Both the position numbers and the translations under genes were made by a program. From the human T2T-CHM13v2.0 reference genome, Homo sapiens, in NCBI RefSeq assembly GCF_009914755.1, contig NC_060935.1: a stretch of 64,000 nt of DNA; one strand, 5' to 3'. Every line of letters starts with the position of its first letter. Within the stretch, counting starts at the first letter, position 1. Shown here one piece after another: positions 41,111 to 53,046 of this stretch. Below the pieces are notes generated by a model. That model saw only the letters and a program-made list of their open reading frames with translations, had not been told where the DNA came from and made no database searches.

Positions 41111-41570
41111 ATCGGTCAACAGTGTAAAATGAGATGACAAAACCATACTTGAGCAATTGCCAAATGATATTAAGGACAAACAATGATGGATGTAGAGGAG
41201 AGTGTAATTAGACAGGTATGGATGGCCAAGGAAAGCTGCAGAGAGGAGGCGAATGAGTGGATAAGGAGAATGGGTAAGATATGGAGAGGTGAAGCCTCAT
41301 GTGTAGAAAAACTTGAATAAAAGCAATGGCAGGGACAGCCAAAGAGGAATCAGAATCAGTTAATGAATTAGGCTCACAGGGGTGGAGAGTTGATGCTGTC
41401 CATGGCAACCGGGGCTGGAAATTATGCTGCCTGAAGAGGGTGGAGGCTCTTCAAATGTCCGATTAAAGGTATTGGACTTTTCTCCATTGGCAACAGAGAG
41501 TCACTGAAGGTTTTGAATAGGGAAGTGACTTGGTATTTGGCTGGACTTGTCTTGTGAGCTATTTGTGGCA
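41110..41570 (-). mobile_element. L2 fragment
   Basis: TTGGACTTTCTCCATTGGCAACAGAGAGTCACTGAAGGTTTTGAATAGGGAAGTGAC. Confidence 0.6.
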
Positions 41571-42014
41571 GCTTTACTGTACAAAAGCGATGAAATTTAA
41601 TAATTATTTAGTTATTTGGAACATTAATATGCTGGTGTATCATATATTTTAATAAGAATTCAGAAATGGGAGTTTTCTAATAAGCAACTGAGTTGGGAAG
41701 GTAACAGAAGGGGAAATTTTGGTTGAATAGGATAAGAATGAGAATTTTGAGTGTCAGTGATCAACAATTAACCCTACGTCTCAATTCATCATAAGCAAAT
41801 ACAATTACTACTCTGCAAATACTATGTAGAAGAATGAAATGATGTGTTGGTGTCTGTCCCCCAAATTGGAGGCTTCTGGCCATTGCTTGAATAACTTTCT
41901 GCCTCTAGTATCCCCAAACTTATGTTTTGTTTTTTCTTTTTCTCTTAGTATCCATGCTTCTCCTGAATCATTCCTCTCGTTAGGAATGTCAGTCTACTAA
42001 ATTTTGTGGCAATA

Positions 42015-42215
42015 CAATGCCTGGGTTTGAATTCAAGTTCTGCCGCTTCCTTACTCTGTCTCTTTATCAATAAACTCATTGGGAAAAGTGGAGGAAATCA
42101 TAGTAACGATTTATTAAAGTTGAAGATTGAGTTTTATACATTTAAAGTCCTAGAACAAAGCCTGCACATAGCAAGCTCTTAGCCAATGTTAGCAGCCATT
42201 ATTACTGTTTACTGT
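42015..42215 (+). mobile_element. MIR SINE
   Basis: TGCCTGGGTTTGAATTC...CTAGAACAAAGCCTGCACATAGCAAGC...AATGTTAGC. Confidence 0.7.
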
Positions 42216-42482
42216 TAATAACAGAAGTTACTATTAAAAAAGAGGAAACAGGAAAAACCTTTGTCTTCAAGAAGCTTTTACTGTCCGCCTGTCAAAGTTC
42301 CTGAGCAGCAGCTGATTTCTGGCTTAGAAGTTAGGGTTAGGAAAGTAACTAGTGAGCGCACTAAACAGTAAGATGCGCTGCCACAGTTGTGTGTGTAATT
42401 GACTTTTATAGTCAATTCTGCTTATATTTCCTCCTTCACCCTAATGCTAGCCCGGTTCTGAGCCAGAGTTATTTCGCTCTGC

Positions 42483-42924
42483 CAGTGGTGCACTTCAGAA
42501 ACACCTGGAGGCTTGTTGAATCCGGATTCCTCCACCCACACCCTTAGAGTTTTTTTTTTCTTTTTTTTTTTTGACAGGTTATTTGTTGCCCAGGTTGGAG
42601 TGCAGTGACGCAATCACAGCTTACTGCAGCCTCAACCTCCTGGGCTCAAATGATCCTCACACCTCAGCCTCCCTAGTAGCTGGGACCACAGGTGTGCACC
42701 ACTATGTCTGGCTAATTTTTAAATTTTATGTAGAGACAGACTGTCCTTATATTTCCCAGGCTGCTCTTGAGTTCCTGGGCTCAAGCGATCCTTCTGGCTC
42801 AGACCTCCAAAGTGCTGGGATTATAAGCATTAGCCACTGCGCCTGGCCCATGATTTGCATTTTTAACAAGTTCCTGGGTAAAACTGATCCTTGTGGTCTG
42901 GGGACCACACTTTGAGAATGTGCT
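42483..42924. mobile_element. MER5A (hAT-Charlie MITE) split by AluJ
   Basis: CAGTGG...CACCTGGAGGCTTGTT...AGAGTTT | ATTTGCATTTTTAACAAGTTCCTGGGT...GGGGACCACACTTTGAGAA. Confidence 0.85.
42549..42848 (-). mobile_element. AluJ (Jo/Jr-like)
   Basis: CACAGCTTACTGCAGCCTCAACCTCCTGGGCTCAAATGATCCTC; CTCAAGCGATCCT in the other arm. Confidence 0.92.
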
Positions 42925-43889
42925 TTCAGCTCAGCTCTGTTGTTCACTCAAGAAGAAAAGGCTTTTCCTGGTAGGTCTGTCTGTAGCTCAATCACATGTC
43001 CCACATGGAGCCCACTCTTTCCCATGGTACAAAACCCTCCTTAATTGCCTCCTTGGAATCTACACAGAGAAATCCCTGAGCTTTACTTTTTCTGGACCTG
43101 CCACTTACAGAACCAGCTTCATTGAGATGTTGTTTAAAATTGATTTCTCACCTAGCCACACAGATTATCTAAAAGGTCAAGATTCTCATGTAGACTTCTT
43201 TTTGAACATTCTTTAGCCACTCGATGGCCCAGAGCCCCATCCTCATTGTTCAGGTTTCATCGTCTCCTTAATCAACCATTAGCATAATGTATTAGCATAT
43301 CTATAGCACAATTATATTTTGATTGCTGTGGTCCCAGTCAGACTAAAGGCTGCCTTCAACCTAGATATAAATAATTTAGAATGTTTATACCAAAGGGAAT
43401 TATAGGGGAGGGAAGGGAAGAAAGGAAAGAGAATATTTGTGTGTGTCAGGGGAATGAGGGGGGCATTGGGAGAGTAAAGATGGTGGCAAAAGGTAACTTA
43501 GGTTGCCACTTTTTACCACAACACTTTTCTAGGCTATTCTCAATAAGAAAATGTGAATTATATATATTCAAAATACAGATACCATTTTGAATTGCTTTAA
43601 ATCCACTCCTGCCTTTAATCTCATTACATCTGTCAAAATATGTCTCATTTACTAAGTAAAAAGTAGAAGCTGGTTTCCAGCACCTCTTTCTTTATTATAG
43701 CCTGATCCCTGTGCAAATGCATTTTGCTGTGGTTCATCTTTGAAAGATCTCTCTTCTCTTGTCTGGTTAACTTCCTCAATGACCATTGATATCTTTGTGC
43801 TACTTTATTGTCCACTTGGAAACCTGATTTCCCTTTATTAGTGTCCTCTGTAATAGGTTAGCAGAAATCTTATATGGTTCCAAAGAAGT

Positions 43890-43898
43890 TTCTCTCTC

Positions 43899-43955
<57 letters not shown>

Positions 43956-43987
43956 ACACACACACACACACATAGACACATACACAG
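43890..43987 (+). repeat. Compound (CT)n(CA)n microsatellite
   Basis: Directly visible. Confidence 0.96.
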
Positions 43988-44617
43988 GTGCATTGTATCA
44001 GCTGGAACATCAGCATATGTGTGGTAGGATCACAATCATTCAGAGCTTCTGATGTTCATGGTACCTAGGGGATTGATTCAGCTTTCAAGGAGCTGTGGAC
44101 AGTAAGATTAAAAGAACTGCTCTCCTTGGGGACTTTTAAGTAATGACATTATTGGTAGTCCTTTGAGCAGCATGGAGAGATGTTTGAAATATGAAATTGC
44201 TGACAGTTTTAATAGTTGCATTTAGAATGGATGATATTTGCAAAAATTGCTACTTCTTTACCTTACCACGCAGAATGACAACGGGATGCTAGGACTAAGC
44301 CAACTTCAGTATTCTTCTGCAAGTGATGTGAAAACGTTATAGTTGATGGCTCAGGATCAGTGCAGGGATGGTAAAGGGGCAGAGGATGGCACTATGAAAT
44401 CATAGTATTGACACAGCTGGTCATTAGATTAAGCCTAGTAAGGGAGTCTAAAAAAATATCACTCTCCAGGTCCCATGCATGGAGATTCTCATTCTGCACC
44501 TCTGGGGATGGAATCCCATCAGCTGAGTGTGATAGCTGGCCAGAATTGAGTAGTTTGGGTTTAGATGGTGTCAGAAAGACTGGAGAATAAATCTTCTCTT
44601 GGGTGATGAATATCTAC

Positions 44618-44930
44618 AAAACCTTAGGTAAGACACATTTTCTGAGTCTCAGTTTCCTTATTCTGTGGACATTGTCTTTACTGGATGGTAGACGACTTGA
44701 AGGCAGGAGCTCTGTTTTCTCTTTGTCATCAGCTACTTGCATTGTGGCAGACAGATAGATAGTAGGACCCTAGTTAAATGGTTTGGAATAAATGATTGAA
44801 TGAGTGAAAGATGAATGAATGAATGTTGGAAGGAAGGGATATATGAATGATATCTCATCAATTTGTTGTGTGTATTAAATGAGGTAATTTTATGTATTAC
44901 TCCTGACAGATAGTGGGGATTCTAAGAAGT
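44618..44930 (+). mobile_element. MIR pieces flanking an L2 3' terminal fragment (~44670-44826)
   Basis: ACCTTAGGTAAGAC...TCTCAGTTTCCT; CTTGAAGGCAGG...(GAAT)n; TCTCAT...TGTTGTG..TATTAAATGAGGTAA. Confidence 0.6.
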
Positions 44931-46139
44931 TTCCATCTCCCTTTTCCATTTTCATATCCTACCATCCAACATGCTAATTGTGTGGTGTTGTTTTCATATT
45001 TCTATCTCTTCCTTTTCTCTTTTTGAGAGAGGAAAGAGGTGCTCAGTCCTTATTCCTCCCATTTTCTGTTTCACCTGCATCTGCCCACAGCAGTTTCCTT
45101 AGCATACATTATTAGCTCACCTAGACTTAACAAACTACCTTTCTAACTCAAATCCCTCCTGTTTCCCTAAAGAAAATGCTTCTTTTTTGTTAGAAAATTT
45201 TAAAACAACAATAACCTAGGTTTTGAAGAAATAAAAGGTAAAGATTTTAACCACATTTGCGTGTTTCAATTATTAGTGTTTTCCCTGTGGCCCATTCATG
45301 TGGATAAGAGACATCTCTGCATTATTATCTTGTCAGAAATACAGCCCCTTTCCCTTCCCCTCATCTGATTAGGCATGCTTCTCTTTGGAAGCCTCATCCC
45401 ATTTGGCTAATGCATCTTGACAACTCCTTTAATAAGAGTGCTTGGTGTTCGCATTCAAGGATGTGTAGGAGTTGACAGAAATCTACCTTGTAATCTTTCC
45501 ATGGCTTGAAAATAAAACCCAGGGAGACCTAGCACCCGCATCTCTCAACTCAAAAATGGCGAGAAAGCTTGAGGGGAGAGGGATGGCCATTGATTTAACA
45601 GAAACAGTTTTATTTGTTTGTGGTTTTTTTCCCTTCCTTCTGTGTGAAAAAGCTAGCAGAGGGAGGGAAAATTTGGGAAGCAGAAAATGTTTCAATCTAC
45701 ATAAAAAAGAGGAAAATAATAACCCAACAATGAGAAGAGCCAAGAGAATATGAGAAGGCAGCCTCTTTTTGAAATAGATTAAAGGCTTTATTGCAAGAAC
45801 ATCGTAGGACAAAGGTGTCTCTGCAGGACTGGGAACTTCAGCAAAGCACATAAAACCTCATTCTCAGACTTAAAGACAGCCCTGGAAGAGGCAGTCCACA
45901 AAGCAGTGTGTGCCTAGGCACCTATTCTAAATTCAGGAGAGCTCTGCAGTCATTTCCTTTGGGGGTGAGGCTTATGAGGCTGGTGTAATCAGGGATATAA
46001 CTAGGAATCTCCTCCAAAGAATGAGTGTAGACCAGGTCAAACAGAACTATTGTGATGCATTTGTCCTCCACAGTATCAGGATCTCAAGCCCCTTGTCCTC
46101 TGTGGTTATAGAATAGCCTGGGGCACCACTGTGGGCCTA

Positions 46140-46504
46140 TGGTGATCATGGGTGCCACTTCCTGAGCACTTCCTGTGGTAGGATTGTACTTCCTCCTTTG
46201 TGGAGAAGAACATTGACTAGTGCTGGCCAATGAGAGGCAGCTACAAATGACGTGTGTCACCCTGTGGGTGGGCTAAACATTTTACTTCCAGTGCGAGACC
46301 CTCCTGGGCACTCTCTTTCCTCTGTCATGACATCCAGTGACTTTCAAGACTGTGACTGCCCCACTGGGGGTTCCTGAGTGAATGGATGAAAAAAGCTCCT
46401 CCCTGTCACACCTGTGATGGATGTCTACTGTGAATGAGAAATAGTCACTGAGACTTTCATGTTGTTGACGATTTCGGCATAACCTACTTATCCTGACTGT
46501 TACA
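46140..46504 (+). mobile_element. MLT1I/J-family MaLR LTR
   Basis: TGGCCAATGA, TGACGTGTGTCAC, TTCCTGAGTGA, GTGAATGAGAAATA, CATAACCTA.TTATCCTGACTG.TACA. Confidence 0.75.
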
Positions 46505-47479
46505 GAGTCTGATCTTAATGCAAAACCTAGCCAGGAATTGAAGGCTTTTATTCAGTGGCCCTTTATTTTTGAAGGTGAACATTCTACAGGGTAGTTTGGA
46601 TAAGTGGCAATAAGGGAATGGTGCTCATTCATCCCAGGATCACTTAAGAGCACAAATAAGACCGCCAGCTGATGCCAGGCTGCACAGCAGGACACTAGGT
46701 CACTAGGAGAGTCAGGAGGGCATAACTCCTGCTGAGCGTTACGAAGCACAGCAACTTGTGATTTGGGGCCTGTCAACAGCTATGGACTCAGTAAACAGCC
46801 CTGAAATGTGAGGTTTCCAGGCAGATATTTCTGATGCTCTCTTTTGTTGCAGCCTGCTTTGCTTTATTTATGCAAAGAGTGTATCCCTGGGGGAAAAATC
46901 AAGTCATATCATAAGTGCATCAGAGAAGCTTACTATTTAAAGAAATCTATGGTGAATCCTTTTGTGAAGGAATAATCATCCACCTGATTTGCATTTGCTT
47001 TGTGAATTGTGTTTGTGTATCAGGTTTTATGAGTTTGGGGCACATCATAATTCAGAGCATCAAACATAGAGTCCAACAGAGCTGGATTTTCATCTCAGGT
47101 CAGCTAAAACACAAAGCTTGCCTTTGTCCTGGGGGACAAAGTGAGGGGCCAACTGAGGATGAATTTTTTGCCTAGAAATCTCTGCAACTTGAGAATGGAG
47201 GTAAAAGGTAGATGGTGAGAATAACCCTGGATGGAGTTAGAGTTGATATAAGGGAGGTCAAAGAAGGGAAGGGCTATGAGGAGTAGAAAGGAAAATGTTA
47301 GGTGGGCGTCGCTTCGATTTTAGAATAAGCCTTATACTGTAACAAGGAATTTGGGGAAATACACCTAGTCCTCTGTTCAGGCCCCAAATGAAGCAAGGCA
47401 AGAGGGGGCACAGTGTGACTAAGCAGGGAATTGGGGTTAGCTCTTGACTCCACTGTATGGGGATCATGACGTGGTGGAC

Positions 47480-47740
47480 TGTTGTCTAAGACAGATGAGA
47501 GAACAAACGCTCACTTTACCCCTCGCCACTTATGGGATGCATCTCTTTGGACAAGGTTTGCATTTGTAAAATTCTATTGTCCTGACTTTAATCTTTCTGA
47601 GTCTTGGTTTTCCATCCATATGCTTAAGGTCTTTGTCCCTCCTGGCAGGACTTGTGTGAGGATCAAGAGACCATGAATGTCAAGTGCCTAATATAGCTGA
47701 CCTCAGATAGGACTCAGGAAATTAAAACTATCAATATTGC
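47480..47740 (+). mobile_element. MIR SINE
   Basis: TTTAATCTTTCTGAGTCTTGGTTTTCC, TTGTGTGAGGATCAA, TGTCAAGTGCCTA. Confidence 0.6.
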
Positions 47741-49679
47741 TGACTATATATTTACTTTTTTCTAAGATTCTGAATGTTAAAACGTTAGTATAGTGTGGAG
47801 TCTATGACAGGTTTTTATAGATATTTGTGGAAAGAATGAACCATCTAGTAGCCTAAGAAGTGTGGGGAATGAACACCAGATGTGAGTGCTGAGGGGTTTG
47901 GAGCCTCTGTCTGTGAATCTTATACCTTTCCTCCCTGGCATTACAAATGCTCCCCATTTCCCCCTGAAAACATGTCTGTTTCACAGAATCCACATTGCTC
48001 ACAAAGATTAAAATCATTTTCAATGACTCCATGGTTTTTGTTTTTTTTGTCCTTTCTGTCTTGCCACATCAGGTTATCTGACCGTTTGATTTCAGCAACT
48101 CAAAGAGCTCTTCATTTTTTTCCTTTCTTTCCTTTTTTCTTTTCCTTTTCTTTCTTTCCTTGTTTTCTTTTTTTTTTTTCCTGTTGTCAGAGCCCTAGGA
48201 GTTTCTTTTCCCTTTTTAATTAAGAGCGAATGAAGGTAACAAAATGTTTTATAACTGGAGAGAATTCACCAGCAGGACACCAAGGCAGAAATCCACATCC
48301 TGAAAGAAAGGCAGGCAGACACCAGATCAGCGCTGTGGGGAATGTGTCCTGCACACACTCTGCTTCCCGCTGACTGATGGTCCAGCCCTCCCTCTGCCAT
48401 CAGCCTGGAAGCTTTACCTCTGGCAGAAGTCTCCCTGTCTTTTGTTAGGAAAAGCTACAATTGGAAACCTGCTTTTCTAAAGCATTTTTAAACACACAGT
48501 GTGCTCCCCTGAAATACGCCTGTGCCTGCAAGAGTCCTGTAAGTTAATTCCTGCCACCCAGGGAAGTGTCCTAATTTTCCCTGACTTTTACTGACCTACT
48601 CCTCATTGTGTACCTGGCTGTCTTTAAGCTGGGGGACAGTTTGAGATTGGAACAGCAAATTTCATGGAAGAGCCTGTCAGATGGGTATGTATGTGCCGAT
48701 GTAAAGCCAGATTGAGCCTAAGAGAAAGAGTGTGAGCAGAAGAAAGGGAATAAAATCCTACTGCAGACAGTGATGTGGAAAGGGATGTCGTTTCTGGCAC
48801 TGACACTGTGCCTGGTCCAGTGCCCTGGCTGTGCCATCCCGGCAGCTCTGAGGCTTTCTGACAGTCCTGAGAATGGAGCACAAGCCCCCAGGGACGTCTT
48901 TGGAGCCCTAATTCCGGTGCACTGCTTTCGTGCACTCTGTTTTGCACGCCACACTTGGAAGATGGCATTATAAGACTGCTTCCAAGGAAAGCGTGCTTTT
49001 ATTAAACTCCTAGACCAAATTGCCTCCCTGTTGACCTCTTTCTTTGTCATGAGACGTGATGGGTTATTACATTTGTGATTAAAAACATCCGTCATCGGTG
49101 TGTTTTGCCTTTTCAATTTTGTAGGAAGGTGATCATGATGCTGGTTCTCAGAGGAACAGAAGGATGGAGAAGAGAGACCATATTTTGTGGTTTAAGGAAC
49201 TTGCCCCTCAGAGAAGGTTACCCTTTTTTTCTGAGTTCACTGCTGAATGTGTGGCTCAAATGGCCGTGGAAGGTCACTGAGCTGACCGAATACACGTTAT
49301 ATCAATTCTGCACAGCATGAGTGAAGAAAATGGACAGACAATTTCTTAAGTCACTAGATTGTAGAGATCAATACAGATAATTTTGGAATTTTTAGAAAAT
49401 CCAAACACTTATCCTCACCACGGCTGTTCATGTAATACCTCAGCAGCTTCTTGCTTCATATTAGCTTTGATCTTACTCTCTATTTGGAACTAAGTGTTTC
49501 AGAAATGATTTCTCCCTCCTATAAAACATACTGAACACAGAACTGAGTTCTTCAAACTCAACTTATGTATGACAAAGCTATAGCCCCAGCTTTTAGCTCA
49601 CCTTGGTAACTCCGATGGTGGAGAAGACAAGGATAAGGATTTCTTTTCTCTGAGGCTAGACTGATGAAGTTATAGGATG

Positions 49680-50465
49680 ACAGATACAGTCTAAAGGTCA
49701 GTCCCTGGCTGCTCTTCCCAGAGACCCTCTGCCTCATACCTTCCCAGCCTCTAGTCTCCAGTCTGCTCGGACCTCTGCTATACTTCTTTGTGCTAGAAGA
49801 GTGATTTGGTCATGTCTCTCCTCTCCTTGAGCAAACCTTAATGAATTTTCCCTCCAATGGCCAGTCCTGTCTTATCTTGGCATTTGAAGCTCTTTATTAA
49901 GTGACCATTTCTACTGTCTTTTTTTTTTTTTTTCCTCCATTCTCTTCTGCTAGGCTCTAATATGAACTCTTTACGGCAACTGATGCTATCACAGAAGGAC
50001 CTCTTGTACTTGCTCCAGTCTGGGGACTTGGTCAGGTGTCTTTCTGTCTCCCTGTAAAGCGTTTCCACTCTGCATTTTTGCCTATCACAATTGTACAGTT
50101 TCCTGAAGGCACAGCTGTGTGCTGTCTCTCTTAAGAATTCCCTGATGGAAGTATCATTTATTGGTGCCAAGTGACTGAGGTTATATTCGCAGCTCTTGGA
50201 CAGGGCTCCTAGACTCCCCTTAGTCTCAGTTACTTATCTGTGTATAACCACTAAGCACCCTTCATCTTACTCCCATAAAATGAAAGTGACCTGATATTTA
50301 CATGTCGATCTTGTATGGGCATTATCACAATGTATGCTCTGTGGCATTGAGTTGTTTTCATACATGTTAATTATAAGCACCAGCAAGCATGGAACCATTT
50401 CTTATATGATTAATATCCCTTATAACAATTAGGTCTATAATTTGTAAAATTTGTTCCATTAAATA
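49680..50465 (+). mobile_element. Old L2 fragment(s)
   Basis: GGTCATGTCTCTCCTCTCC, TGGCATTTGAAGCTCTTT, TTCCTGAAGGCACAGCT; highly diverged. Confidence 0.45.
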
Positions 50466-50864
50466 TGTGATTGAAGAACTGAATAAAGTCACCTCTAGTG
50501 AAAATTCTACTTGATATTGATACTATGATTTGAAAAATAATAAACTGAGAGGGGAACTCCTTGACAACAGTTTACTGCACTGTTTCTAACATTTAACTTG
50601 AAGTATAAATAAATGGATTTTAGCAAATCAACCTCTCTTTGAAGTTAACTGAATGCTAACTGTGTTCTGGAATGAAAGGGTTCATGCATCTCTGTTAAGA
50701 AATGGAAAACAGATAATGGCAGCGGAGTCAATAAAGTCAGTGCCTCATCTTGAACTGGGTGAGCGGTCCCTAAACATTTGTTACGTAGTTTCTTCAGCAG
50801 ACTGTTTATGTCTAATGTGTTCTTTTTTTCTTAAAAGAAAAGGATATTTGCATTTTTGATTTAC

Positions 50865-51070
50865 AATTTTATTACTTACTGTGTACCTGACCTTTACAAG
50901 CATTATCCAAATTAATTCTTATAACAATTCTATGACTTAGAGTTATAATGCACATTTTAAAGTTGAGAAAACTAAGGGTGTAAGTAAGTTGGCCTAGGTC
51001 ACACAGCTAAGTGAGCTGTAGAGCAATTATTCCAACCCAAGCCCATCTGATTCCAAAATTTAGGTTCTCT
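50865..51070 (-). mobile_element. MIR SINE
   Basis: CATTTTAAAGTTGAGAAAACTAAGG...CCTAGGTCACACAGCTAAGTGAG...CATCTGATTCCAAA. Confidence 0.85.
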
Positions 51071-51079
51071 CTAGTACCT

Positions 51080-51450
51080 CAAGTGGTTTCTACATGTGCT
51101 CTACATTTTCCTGCTTCTTGGAATCTGTGCATGCTCATTCCTAAGCTTGTAATACCTTTTCCCTATTCTGTATCTCAGAAAGTGTCCTTCTTTATTCCCA
51201 ATCCCTGTTCTCTCTCAGTTTGGAAGTAATTGTTCTTTTATTGCAAATTCTCACAGCACTTAGATTTTTATCTCAAACTCTTTAATGTAATTAATTGTTT
51301 TCATCCATATAATATAGTCATGTGTACCTTTATGTACCACATCTTCCTTTCCACATAGGAAGCTCCTTGAGGGCAGAAGCGATGCTCTTTGATTCATTTT
51401 GTATTCTTCAAGATGGACTAGAACAGTGTAGTCACCTTGTAAACCTATGT
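51080..51450 (+). mobile_element. L2 3' fragment
   Basis: AAGCTCCTTGAGGGCAG, TTCATTTTGTATTC, CTAGAACAGTG. Confidence 0.6.
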
Positions 51451-52049
51451 GGTGGATAGGGTCGGGGAAGAAAGGAAAAAGAGGGAAAAGGAAGAGAGGA
51501 AGAAATCAAAGAACGATAGAAGACAGTATATAATTCAGTGTTAAATTGTGTGGTTCAGACTAATTATAAATTCCTTTAAAAGAAATGCAATTTTATTACT
51601 TTCAAGAACATAAAGTTAATTAATGGCTAACAAAATGTTATCAAGTAGCTGTCTTGTCATTCCCACTGTAATTAATCAATGCTTTTGGAATGAAAAAGTG
51701 GACTTAAGCCTAGCCCATCTCCAGATTATTGAGAATTTTAAATTAGCACAGTCTGAAATAATGAGGTTATCGCCACCCCTTGGTTAAACAGACGTCTGAA
51801 GATGAAAGCATATGATGATAAAGAAGACGTATAAGAAATTTCTAAACATGTTTTTTCTCTTTAGTGGTACTAATAAGGGATTCCTTAATTGTTAAAGCGC
51901 ATACAGGACCTTATTTGCCAAAAATTGTAGCACATTTGCTTAGAATTTTGAGTTATTTCTTAATTCCTCTTCTCTTGATTAATTTAATGGCTCATTAATT
52001 CATTTTTTAAAAAAGAGAATCTAAAAAGGTTATTTAGAACAAGCTAAAT

Positions 52050-52800
52050 CCATACACAGTAGTGAAGGTGCTGTAGCCCATCACAGAGTGGGTGGGAAGA
52101 AGGGGCTAGAAGAAGGATCTAGAAGTGGTAGGAGAGGATGCGGGAGCCATTCAGAATACGCATCAGGAAGAGGAAGCACTGCTGAGTAGCCTCAGGTTTC
52201 TTTCTTAGGTGACTTTTTGGAGAAGATTAGGGAATGTAGAGGGATAGAGAGATTTGTGAGGAAGAATATGGAGTTAATTTTGGACTTACTGTGTTTGGGA
52301 TGCTTATGAGATATCTAATTGGAATTGTTCATGGAGCAGTTCACATACAGATCTGATGCTCAGAAGTGAGGGTTACTTGAAGATAACCAATTTTCGAATC
52401 ACTGACATGTAGTAAAGGAAGATTTTCACAAGGGGCAGCTGTGTGAAGTCAACAGAGACTAGAACAAGGAAGGGTACCATGAAGATTGAAGGTAAGGTTC
52501 AGAAGAAGTTGAAGAAATTGTTTTGAGAAGTGATATCCAAAGAAGTCAGAGAACCACTTGAAGAGTGGTGTCAAGAAACCTAAAAGAAAAGATTTTTAAG
52601 AGGGGATCTATTAAATAAGAACTGAAAAGAAGCCGTTAAATGTTGTGCTTAGAGAGTCACTGATGCTGGCAGCTTATCATCCTAGTGGAAAGGAAGCCTG
52701 ACTGGAGTTGGTTGTGAAGGAAGAAGTGAGAAAGTAGCGATGTCTGTCATAGACCATTCTTTAAAGAAACATAGCAGTTAAAAGAGGTAGCTAGTGGAGG
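52050..52800 (-). mobile_element. L2 fragment
   Basis: GAGTTAATTTTGGAC, GATCTGATGCTCAGAAG, GAGTGGTGTCAAGAAACC, AAGCCTGACTGGAGT. Confidence 0.7.
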
Positions 52801-53046
52801 ACTTGGGAGAAACAAGGAGATTTGGGAGTAAACAGGATCTAGAAAAGTGGTGGTAAGATCAGTCTTGAACAGGGACAGCACCAACTCCCCTGCTGAGAGA
52901 AGAGTGGCATAGTCCTGAATGTTTATGACTTCAAGATAGATCTGATGAAGAGTTCAGCTCACTATTTCATTTGTATTAGCTTTGTTTAGGCATATTTTAT
53001 GGACCATAAAATTTATCCACTTTAAGTGTACAATTCAATAATTTTT

